Positions 38,290 to 49,973 of a stretch of DNA of 64,000 nt are shown here, one piece after another; position 1 is the first letter of the stretch; each line of letters opens with the position of its first letter. The notes under the pieces were generated by a model that had not been told where the DNA came from, ran no database searches, and worked only from the letters and a program-made list of their open reading frames with translations. A program made the position numbers and the translations under genes. The stretch lies in contig NC_058368.1 in NCBI RefSeq assembly GCF_018350175.1, positions 35,590,001 through 35,654,000 of the forward strand, written 5' to 3'. This DNA comes from Felis catus (taxonomy: Eukaryota).

Positions 38290-41200
38290 GTTGTATGAGC
38301 CAAGAAATTGAGGTAAAAGAGAGCTCTTTTACCTGGTGTTTGGGCTGAGGTGAGCAACGGGGAAGCTAACAACTGTGGCTCTGGGCAGAATTTTTAGATA
38401 AAATGACCAGAAAACCTTCAGATTTGAGGGGAAAGCCTTTGCCATCAGGAAGCAGAGGTCTCTCAGAATAAGGCTCTGCCTGGTCTGAGTAACTTCCCTT
38501 AGCTGCTTGCCCAGATGAAGCTTTTGTTTGGTGTCCGTTAGCTTGAGTTTATTTCCGTTGTTGTTGCTATTACACTGAACTCTTTCCAACTCTTCTTTGT
38601 TTATATAACTCTCTGGGCAGACGTGTCACATCTAGGATGTGACAGTCTTCCCAGGCAGCGTTTTTGTTCATGGTCACAGCTGAGTTACACTTTAATAGTA
38701 GGCAAGCACGTGTATTTTTTTCAAGTATTAATACACGAAATAATGATACCGAGAACATCTCTGCTTTAAAAAAAAATTCCTCTTCAAGATAGACTTTATG
38801 TAGCTCAATATTCTCCCTATACTAATCCATGTGACGAATCAGCTTCAGGTTTTTTTTTATCAGTAAAACCTTGCTGCTCTTGTCAAAGTGATTTACTTAC
38901 TTGCATTCAATAATGAGAAATATTTATCCATCATGTTTTATTTCTTGTCTCAGGAAGCTTAGAGCTAAAATTGCAGGATTCAATATTAGCCCAGGTTTGG
39001 GGTATAATTCTCTTCCTGCCTATCAAATTTTAATTTTTTACTTTTATTTTTAGCAATTCTGCTCTACATGCGTCTTCAGCGGTAATCTACCGTAAATAGT
39101 TTTTTGGAGCAAGAAGATGACAATACCAGGTGAGGTACTCAGAACTCTTAGTAGATATTGTGGCAAATAAATGGGTACAGGACTCCTTCACTGTCCCCAA
39201 ATTTTCAATCTACTAAATATTCAGAGAAGAATTTTGCTGCAAATAAGTATATTAGTGAATGTTTAGGCCTCAAATTATCTCAACAGGTCTAAAGCTAACA
39301 ATGTATTTCTTTGCATTTTATCTGAAAATCAAAGTTATAACCATTTGAGTTAAATTTTTTCCAATTATACACAGAGAGAGATCTAGATGGATACATACAT
39401 GCACATCTGCAAAGGTAGCAGTAGTTAACATTACCAATCACTATCATTGTGAAGGTTGGCGAATGTGAAATGTTTGTTTTTAGCCGTTCCAGTTGGAAGG
39501 TATAGGGCAGTGACAGTGAAATAGTAAATGCATAAATAATTGCTGCCTGCTGCCTCTGCAGCTTTACAGAGAAAATAGTATCAATTGAAATCAAGTGATT
39601 TTGAGCCCGGTCATTTTGCAGCAGAGAAAACCAAACACCCTCCTCCAAGGAAGTTTTGAATACAGGGTTCAACCAACCAATAAATGGAGATTTTCCAAGG
39701 AAAATTAGACCATTCTAGATCCCAACATTAGGGCTGTCCTCCAATATACCTCCTTTGAAAAAAAAAAAAAAAACCCTCTGAAAAATACTTCTTGTCACAA
39801 TTCTGCCTTCTGAATTTAGTTAGCAGTTTTATCACCTTCATTTTATTAACCTCTGTTAATCATGAAAAACATATTACTGGCATTCCATTGATCTTCTGGT
39901 CAGAATTTGTAAAGGAAAGCCTTCTTATTTCTATTTACTAACATGAATGAAAAAGATTTAAAGCAAGACACTTAGCATAGAAAACTCATAAACTTCCACC
40001 TAAATAAGCAGTTACAGAAAAGCAGATGCGTCTAGATTGCACTGGTAAATGGTGCTGTGTTATAGACCAGTCAATACAGTTAATGCTAATTGTAATGTGC
40101 TTTGGTAAAAGTTGTACTTTATCTTAATTTCTTCTGATTTATGTCATTTTCCATAAAGTAATTCTGAAAACTTAAAGCTTATTGCATTCAGTTCCTGCTA
40201 AAGGGAGGCTGATAGGGATTTAAATAACATTTTACCCTGAGTATTCAGATATCCGGTTACATATTGCCCTTAGTTCAGCATGGGCTGATGTTTACTAGAT
40301 CATATCCAACCTGCCCTAGACTTCCTGTAACATAGCTCAAAGTACCAATGAGGGACAGGTCTTGACCTGAGGCATATTAATAGAAAATACCACAAGCATT
40401 TGTCTCCAGAGGCAATATCCTTTATGACTGCCTATAGAAATATTTAACATGTGCGTGGAGTGCCTTGATCATTTTGTTCTGTAAGCAGTGCATTTACAAA
40501 ATGGAAGAATGAAAATTCAATTTTTTTTTATTTGATTACAAGTCTCTGGTGAACTGTTCTGTGGTTGCTCCTTATATACCAGTTCCTACTCCTTGGGACA
40601 AATGCAGAAACTGCAGGAGCCAGATCTATCACATGCTATTCTAAAGAAGGCAGAAACTTTCAGAGCTTCCTGCTTTTATGGATGTAAAAAGAAAAACAAA
40701 ATCCTGCCTCATCCCCTACTAGGCAGTATCATGGCAGATGATTGCATAACACCATCTTATGCTGAGCGCGGCTTCTTCCTTCTCCTCCTCCTCCCTCCCC
40801 TTCCACCTCCCCCTTCCCCATTTAGTTCACATTTACCTTTATAGAAATTTTTGGCTAGATAATTCACACACTTGGGGGGAAAATAAAACTTAGCAAAATG
40901 CCAAGTTCTATACTAAGACATTTACAGAGGAGAATCTGTAGTTATTCTTCCCAGCGTAGTATGGAAATGAATTCAGGAGTTTAATTTTCTTTTCCTGCTC
41001 ATTGCCAGAATTATTTATTGCTGAAAATTGAGGAGTTGCATTATAGTCATTATTTCTTTTGGTTTAAAAATTCAGTTTGATAGTAATCTCAAAGAAAAAA
41101 AAAATCCACAAAGTTTAAATGTGGTTTGGAAAGGCAGCAGAGGGATTTGAAGAGAACAGATCTGATGAAAAAGAAAAATGTTTTAGCATTTTTCAACCGC

Positions 41201-44200
41201 CCAGAGTGGAATCAGTGAAAAACAGAAGTCTCAGAAGGAAGCTGCAACAAAGTAAAAAGGGTTTATAAAAGAATACATAGCCATTTTGAGACTTGTGTTG
41301 GAAAGGATAAGGTGATATTTTTTTTTTTATCTGAGACTGTAATGAAAAGACCAGAATTACAGATTTGATGCCTCTATGAGAACCAAACTTTTCCATGACA
41401 ACAAACTAGACTTCCATCCCCGGCTAAACATCTTGAAAAATGTGTGAATAGGGAACTGATTATACAAAGTTGATTCCATGTCAATTTGTGGGAAAACAAT
41501 GCATAATTAAGGGTCGGAGTGAGCATGTTAATTGAGACCTGTTCCCACAAACTAATCTGAATGATGATGAGAGCTGAAATTTACCTAGGCTCTATGAAAC
41601 TCTACAGACCTGAAATAAACAGATTATGGCACAGTCTTATTCATTGTTGCTATCTATGCGGATTGTTCTGTTCTGCCATCAATTCTGCAGCCATGATTAT
41701 TGTCAACAGCCAAAGTAAACATGAGCAAACAGGATGGTGTCCTGGGGGGAAACACACAGAGAATAGAGGTGAGGTTTTACCCTCTTCTCTGCACTTCCAC
41801 TAATGAGCCATTTATTTGAGGCCCTATATAGGGAAGCCCTATAAGCTCCTTTTTAGTTTCCTCAACATTCATATAGGAATAATAATATTCACTTGTCTAC
41901 TACCTCACTGGGTTCTTACGAATATGAAATGATTTGAGTTAAATAAAAGAATCTTAGAAACGATTAAAAGCACTTACAAATGTAAGACCTGGATAGTATT
42001 TATGATCAGTGGTGCCCTAGATCATTCCGGAATCTGCTCAAGGCTCTGCTTTCATGGCAATTGACAGCATTGACATTAGTTTTATTTTTTTCCCAAACTT
42101 CATCTTAACACATTCCCATTTTGAATATAGTAGCTGAGATTGTTTTTGTAAAGGAGACTTGTCTTTTATACTTGAGTTGCTCTAAGTAGAAAAGTTCTAT
42201 TGTAGAGACTTTCATTTTTAGTATTTGGAAGACTTGGGAAAGAAGTTCAAATTCAGAGGCAAGTTTCAAATCTCCACAGGTATTTCAGTGGTAATGGTAA
42301 CAATATTTGCACTACCTGCATAGGTAAAGGTCTTGACTTCCCTTTATGGTCCTGTCATATGCATACTACAGATGGAAAAAGACAGAATGATACTTCCTGG
42401 GAAAAGCCATCTGGCCTCAGACAGGTTCCCGTAGAGAGGGAAAACATTGGTATGGTCATCAAGGGTCTGGGTCATGGATATGGAGGTTGAAAATTCAGGG
42501 CCAGTATATTCAGAGATTATTGGGCTCAGGCACATAACTCAGAGCAACTCATACGTCCGACATTAAAATTCCAGAATGTCCATTTATTCACTTATAATCA
42601 AAACTCTAACTCTTCACGGATAGATCTGAGCAGAACAATCCTCATCAGAAGGTTACTTGATGGATAGGTTACTGCCTAACCTGAATGGTGGTCAATTCAC
42701 CAGAATCCTGTGGGACATCTGTGTTGCACAGGCTAGGTCCTGGGCTCATGGTTCAGAAAATCCGGTCTTTTGCACAGAGCTAGAGTTGCAAAGTCCATCT
42801 TTGACCCCTTTGACCTGCCCTCTGGCTGGCCAACTGACTTTCAGATTAAGACATTTTTTTTTTCTTGTCTTATTAATACTTTCCATTCAGGTTTAGCTTG
42901 GGAGGTATTCTGCCTCTTTAAGATAATCCTGTATCTTTGCTCTGATATATTAAATGTTTGTTTCATAGAAATACTTGGAGGGTAATCTTTCCAAGTTTTC
43001 AGGCTGCACCTCACTCTTGCCCCAGGTAATATATCACCAACAATCCTTCCTCACATTTCCCTGAGCTTGTTCTATGTTCGTAAACTTCTGGGCCTTTGAA
43101 CATGATTTGGTCAGGAATGCTTGCCATACCTAATAATAAACTCCTACAAAACTTCCAGTACCACTTTAAAAGTCCATTCCTCTGTGCCCACAGGGGAGGC
43201 GTGGGCTAGTGTTCACTACAGTACCAAACTCCATTGTACTGTAGGGCTTAAGTCACTTTTCTGGCTTATCCCTTCCCCCAATGGAGAAAAATGGAGAAAA
43301 ATCATCCTCCTCATTTTGCAAGAGTGACAATGTAGAAATCCCAATCTTCAAGGAACCATTCTAGTTCCATAGCCCCACAGTAGTTATGAGGCCTCCTCTT
43401 GGCTACGGGGATTTTATTTCCTCAAATAAAGTTGTATCATTAATCACTAGAATACTTTGAGATTCAAGGAACAGCTCCAGCCCTAGTGGATTACATTTTT
43501 AATTGCAGCTAGCACTTATTGTGTGCTTACTACATGCTAGGCAGAGGATAAACATTTTGGATAGATTATTTGATGTAGTCTTCACAGTGACCTTATAATG
43601 TAGGTTGTTTGATTATTCTAATTTATACATAGAGAGAATGACAGAACAGACGAGTGGTAGGAGGTAGAGCCAAGACATAAATCCAGTGAAATCTGAAACA
43701 GTGTGGTGACCAAACAAGTGTTCCATTACCAAAAACACTTGGTTTTCCCATGGAAATTGTCCCTGTACTATCCCTGATCCCTACTGCAAAGATAGATCTA
43801 GGCATTCCACAATGGCTAAGCATCTTGGCAAGATGTGGGCAAATAAAAAGTCAGGAGGTGTAGAAACTTAGACTTTGTTGATGTAGGAATAGTGCCAGGT
43901 ACTCCTTGGATCAGCTACAGCTCCCAACAGACAACTTTCTCAGCTGCCACAGAGCCATAAACACAGCTCTGGGATCCACTGATCAGTGCTCTGAGCTGTC
44001 CAGGAGAATGTCACACAACAAGGAAGTATTAAGATTTGAACTAAAAAAAGGTGTGTTTTGTTTTTGTTTTTTTGTGCCCTATAAAGCCACAATTCAAAAA
44101 AAAAAATAATACTTTTCAAAGACTCCATTTTGTCATAATTTCCCAAATATTAGACATCTATTGGTTGTATATATGCACATTCTCTACTCCAAAGCCTATG

Positions 44201-44639
44201 TTGTGATAAAGCTGTACCCCTGAGAGCCCTGAAGAAAGAACCTTCTGCCTCACCCAGTATTCACAGGGTTAGAGATAGCAAACTTTTCTTCCTTTTGGAA
44301 AACCAATAAAGGGCTTTCATCATTAATGGACCATAATCTTTGTTATATGACCATATTTTCAGCCACACTATTTGCTCATCCAGAGGAAGCTGCTGTATAG
44401 GTTACTGCCATCAACCACTGGCACTCAGCCAGCTCTAATATCTTAGCACAGCTATTGCTCATAGTGTCCTTCTGTCCTTTCAGAAACATACATTTGGCAC
44501 CTGCCATTTGCAGGCCACTTTGCTATCAACCCTCAGTGTTTTACGTTTTATAAGTGTATCCAAGTACAGACAATCATTTGGTCAGTGTGAAGCTTTAAGG
44601 TTCATGCTTAGTGTGTCTCAAATGTCAGTCAAATGGATA

Positions 44640-45116
44640 CAAGTATCCCCTCCTTCTCAAAGGTTTATCTCACACCACTTCACTTTTATGAAAGACCTAC
44701 GCTTGTACCTGTTTTCGCAAACCGGAAGAATTCCACTGAGATTTTCACTAGCATGAAAGCAAGAAAAGGCAAAAATAATGTTCAGCATTTGTTTTGCAAT
44801 GAGCAGTTATGAAGGCAGCATGTACCCAGAGTGGCAAGGGGGACCCACCACGCTCCTTCCCTGGGAGCTACACTCAGTGTCTCAGCATCAAGCTGTCATA
44901 GCTTTGAGCTTTGTGAGCATCTGTGCTTTATCTTGATTCGTTCTGTGCATCTGTGAGCAAGATGTGTCCTAAGGTATCAGAAGAGGCTTAGAGAGGTTAT
45001 TTTTGGGGTCTGGGAATGCTCAAAATTTTTTCCATATAAATTAATGGTGACTGCTTCATTTCAGCTTATGAAAGTTTTAATAGGAAGGCTCTATTCCAGA
45101 TAGCAAGGGAAACCCA
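44640..45116 (+). mobile_element. Non-autonomous Tigger-family MITE (laurasiatherian/carnivore type)
   Basis: TA at 44638-44639 and 45117-45118; degenerate TIRs caagtatcccc / agggaaaccca; body recognised from memory of Tigger deletion derivatives. Confidence 0.75.
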
Positions 45117-48100
45117 TACTCTGCTGGGTAATTGGGAGAGCAGTATGCCTTTTAGAATCAAAGGGCACTCAACCTTTGAAACTGGTTGTTGCCTCTCCCT
45201 TCCTCATCTGTCTTTCCCCCAAATCTATCTCCAAATTCATCTTCTCTCATCCCGTACATACAAACACATGCTTAATCAAAACAAATCTGTGGAGCAGCTA
45301 CTCACATGGCTACTCCATCATTAAGATCTATCACTTTACAGCACCTTATGGTTATAATAGGATGCCCCCCCCCCCGCCTTTGATTAATTCTTGTTCAACA
45401 TCTCTCACACTTGCCTACCCACGAAACTCTTTCCTGGGGGAGAAAACAAAATTACACCTTCTTTTACAATGATCCAGCAGAGAAAATGAGATTGCCCAAC
45501 ACATTACAGCGTCTATTCAGCAGAGCCACATGCTCCCTCTTGAGATAGGATGGAAAATGAGCTGCCAGAAGAGGAAGAAGAAAAAAAAAACTCCTAAAGA
45601 GTGTCACAGTTACCACTTTTCATTGGTGCTCTTAGTGACAGTACTTCTGACCTAAGACGACTGAGACATACAGATGTACTCCTGAGTCTTCTCATTAGCC
45701 TAATGAGGATGGAGTCAGGCAAAGAGTTAATTTGACTAATTTAATCAGCATGCCCCTCCACGTGTCTACTGGGAGAACACCAAAGTGACGGAGACAAACA
45801 GAAACACACAGAGGAGAGGAATTTACTGAGCTGTGTTTGCCATTAGGCAGAGCCACTGTTTGAAAACATAATAGAATCAAAGCTGGAAAGAACCTTAATG
45901 ATTGTTTCACCCATTCACATGATTTTATAAGGTCTAATGAGGTTGAGGAATTATGATAAAAATAAAATTTACTGTCAAATGAGGGATACATGGGAAAGCA
46001 CTTTATAAACTGTAATCTGCTATGTGTGCACATATAGAAAATAGTGTCAGATTGTTTTCCCCAAACAACATAGGAGAATTTAAACGATGGGTACATTGTT
46101 CTATATTTTCATAGAACAAATAATATAAATTAATTTCTTCTCCACCTCCCTACAAAAACTGATCCTTTAGCTGTGTGACATACAAACTACTCATATGGAT
46201 ATAGTGTGAAATCATAAAAAATTTGTCCCAAACTTCTCATGCTTTTGAAAACTTGAGAAAAATAAAGCATTGATACATGTTCTTTGATGCTGAATATAAA
46301 TTTTAGTTTTACCAGATTTAGGGGTTTTCAATTAATACTTGGTGTGGATGATTTATGTGTTTGATTAATGGTTTTCGATTTCTTTAAAGTTCCACCTTAA
46401 AATGAGCACCATAAAATGTCTCTTTAATGTTGGCAGTGCTTTTGACAGCGTGCCTTGATCTTACAATTAGAAATTAAGCCACAATTACCCATCAGATTCA
46501 GTAATTCTAAGAGAGTTGATTGAGGGTTTTTTCCTGGACAATAGAATGTCATTTGCATTGATTATTTCATTATATTAATTTTCTCATCACTTTCCCTTTT
46601 TCTTTTTTTTTTTTTTTTATTTCAACATTATTAAGGAAGTTTTTTCAACAGGCTTAAGCCTAAGGGGATGAAAGAGCAAATGAATGGGTTTCTTCAGTTT
46701 AAAAAAAAGAAAAAAGAAAAAAGAAAAAAAAGGAAGAAAAGGCTTATGAGGATACTAAGCTTCCTAGCCTATAAATTGGTCCTGTTCTTTTTCCTCGATA
46801 ATAGTGTGTGGATTTAAAGAGGATGGGAAAAATTATATTTTGAGGGTGAGTCTTTTAAGAAATTGATCTTTTGTGGTGTCCTTTCTGTTTGAACAACATT
46901 GCTGCTATCCCAGCAGCCAGACCAGGCAACGTGTAATACTGTTGTTAAGTTTTCTTACAAATAATTTTTTCTTTACTCCATTATCGATGGAGATATTATT
47001 ATGTATAGTAGGTATAAAGCTTAAACTCTTGTAGGAGAGATAGATATCAAACAAATAAACAAATATGACTTTAAATAGAAGTTCCATAAAGGAAAAGAAT
47101 TAAGTTCTATGAGAGAAAAAAGGAGATAACCTAATTTATATGGGAGGGTAGCCAGAGAAGTCCTCTCTGAGAGATGTAAAGAAGAGATGCATATTTAGGC
47201 TTATAGAGGATGTGAAGAGGGATTAGGCTAAAACAACAGCATATGCCAAGGATCCTGAATCAGGGAAGACCTTGGTAGGTTCAAGGACTGTTACCAAGGT
47301 CAGTGTAGCTGGAATAAAGGAAAAAGTGGTACAAAATAAGTCTGGAGAGGAAGCCAGTGTTCAACTTGGAGCAGTTCAAGAGTGAATGGGAGAGTTGATG
47401 TAGAACAGAGGTGGACTGAATGCAGGATGGAATTCCTCTGCTTCCTCCCAAAACCCACTATAGAATGACAGACAGAAAATGAAATTGTTATAAAAGGCGG
47501 CCCCCAAGAACAAAGCGATGCAGAGGAGTCCTTGGCATCAAAATGTTTGAGTCTGCAAAGCATGTGAACAAGTGATGATTGGTTTATCAAATCTGAGGAA
47601 GTCTGAAGTGGAGGAAAACTGAGAAGCAACCCAATTTACCAAGTTTCCTCTAGAATTGGGGTAGAGGATAAACACAGAAGGAGTAGCTGAAAGTCCATGC
47701 AAGGAGCACTTAGACTCTGTGCCAGTCAGGAGGGGATTCAATACAGAGAATGAGCTGCTTATGAAACAGTTGGAAGAACTAGAAAAGTGCAGGTCAGAGA
47801 GAGACATGGCTGCTACTTAGATTTGCTGTCAGTTTTCAAAGAATCAAGCAGTGCGGGAAATTCAGGAAACTGCCAAAGATATCACAACTATCTGAAGCAT
47901 CATAGCAAGTGATTCACAAGGAAATGTTCTTAGGCTGCTGTAAAATCTCATATTTGAAAAGTCCCTTTCAAATCACAATAGTGACTCCACAATGGTAAGC
48001 CAATGCACAAGCATAAGCTTTAAACAACTATTTAGTTCCCCACATTAAATATGAACCAAGGATCATCAACACTTGAGGAAGGCAACACACATGAAAATCA

Positions 48101-48269
48101 GAGCCCAAAATAAAAATTAGAAAACAAAACACATGGAAGACAGAGGCTATGAAGGAAAGAGAAAAAGAAAACTAACAATAATTATCCTTGGAGAGGAAGG
48201 AGAATATATTGAAGTGGGAACAGAAAGCTTTTTTTTTTTTAACTTTTTAAATTAAAACATGATAGCAGA

Positions 48270-48491
48270 GGGGTGCCTGGGTGGCGCAGTCGGTTAACCG
48301 TCCGACTTCAGCCAGGTCACGATCTCGCGGTCCATGAGTTCGAGCCCCACGTCAGGCTCTGGGCTGATGGCTCAGAGCCTGGAGCCTGTTTGCGATTCTG
48401 TGTCTCCCTCTCTCTCTGCCCCTACCCCGTTCATGCTCTGTCTCTCTCTGTCCCAAAAATAAATAAACGTTGAAAAAAAACTTAAAAAAAA
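48270..48491 (+). mobile_element. Young felid-type Can-SINE (SINEC_Fc-like)
   Basis: CpG-retaining gtggcgcagtcggttaaccgtccgacttcagccaggtcacgatctcgcggtcc; perfect 16-bp TSD aaaacatgatagcaga at 48254-48269 and 48492-48507. Confidence 0.96.
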
Positions 48492-48545
48492 AAAACATGA
48501 TAGCAGAACTAAAAACCTTAATAGTAACTTTAGAAAGTAGTTACT

Positions 48546-48738
48546 GGGGTGCCTGGGTTGCTCAGTCAAGTAAGTGTCTGACTTTGGCTCAGGTTATGAT
48601 CTCACAGTTCCTGAGTTCCAGACCTGCATCAGGCTCTGAGCTATCAGATGGAAGCTGTGCAGGTGGAAGGAATGGCAGGTGTTTGTGGAACAAGGCCCTG
48701 ATAGCTCAGAGCCTGGAGCCAGCTTCAGATTCTGTGTC

Positions 48739-48792
<54 letters not shown>

Positions 48793-48862
48793 TCCCGTGC
48801 TCAGGCTCGCTCTCTCTCTCTCTCTCTCTCTCTCAAGAATAAACATTTAAAAAATAAAAAAA
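48546..48862 (+). mobile_element. Can-SINE with a ~55-bp internal insertion
   Basis: Normal head to ~48638, foreign sequence ~48639-48697, SINE resumes ctgatagctcagagcctggagcc; short TSD agttact. Confidence 0.92.
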
Positions 48863-49137
48863 AAGAAGTTACTATCCCAGAAATTAGAGTAAAAAGCTCA
48901 GAGGTTTTAAACAAAAAGGGAGAGAAAGGATACAGAATGGTTCAAATGATGGATGCTCCAAAAATGACACAAGGAAAGTATAAAAGAAGAAATTTTAGTG
49001 GAGAGTAACTCAAGATGATATATCAGAAATGAAGGACACTGCTCAACACAATGAATGAACATAAACCAAGATACTTAAAACACTGGGGACAAAAACCTTA
49101 CAAAATTTTAAAGAGGGAACTAACCCAGCACTTATAT

Positions 49138-49360
49138 CTGGGATTGGCACACTTTCCTATAAAGAGTCAGAACATAAATGTTTTAGAATTTGAGGGCTGT
49201 ACAGTAAGTGTCAAAACTATCCAACTCTGCTGTTATAGTGTGAAAGCAGACATAAACACTATGTAAATAAATGAGCATGGTTGTGTTGCAATAAAACTTT
49301 ATTAACAAAAACAGGCTGTGTGCTAGATTTAGCCACAGACTATAATTTACTAACCTCTGA
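49138..49360 (+). mobile_element. MER58A-like hAT-Charlie MITE
   Basis: gggattggcacactttcctataaagagtcaga...taaatgttttag...caactctgctgttatagtgtgaaagcagacata...caataaaactttatt. Confidence 0.85.
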
Positions 49361-49744
49361 CTTACGTAAGAAATCAAGACTCAAAATGGCATTAGACTGC
49401 AGTAAACAGACTGAGGACTAGATGACAGTTCCTCACTGTTGGTAAAATTCTGAAGGAAAATTATTTTTCACCTAGAATCCTGTTCCCAGGAAATTATCAA
49501 ATGTGAGGTGTGAATAAATTCTCAAAAATGTTACCTTCCATTAAACTTGACTCAGGAAACAAACCAACAGGGGGCTTCATCAAAATGAGAAAGAAAATTA
49601 AGAAAGAGAAAGACATGGGATCCTGAAACCAGGAATTAGGTTCCATTTCTTGGAACTCAGATTATAAGAAAGCAAAAGACCATGCCTGTAAGTCATTCAG
49701 CATGAAAGGCAACCACTCTACTTTGGAGCAGATCACAGGGTTTT

Positions 49745-49973
49745 TTTGTTTTTTTTTTTTTTAATGTTTGTTTACATTTTTAAAGAGAGAATGCGCAACT
49801 GTGCATGTGCATGGAGGAGGGGCAGAGAGAGAGGGAGAGAGAATCCCGAGCAGGATCCACACTGTCAGCATGAAGCCCGAGGCAGGGCTCGATCCCACCA
49901 ACCATGATAAGATCACAAACTAAGCCGAAATCAAGAGTTGGACATCTAACTGACTGAACCACCCAGGTGCCCC
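49745..49973 (-). mobile_element. Can-SINE
   Basis: Reverse SINE; TSD tcacagggtttt at 49733-49744 and 49974-49985. Confidence 0.93.

Noticed and set aside
42355..42490. Peptide HTTDGKRQNDTSWEKP resembling the end of a WW domain
   Set aside because: Lacks the first Trp and the central aromatic residues; no convincing exon structure.
45691..45707. Palindrome ctcattag-c-ctaatgag
   Set aside because: 8-bp arms are expected about once or more by chance in 64 kb.
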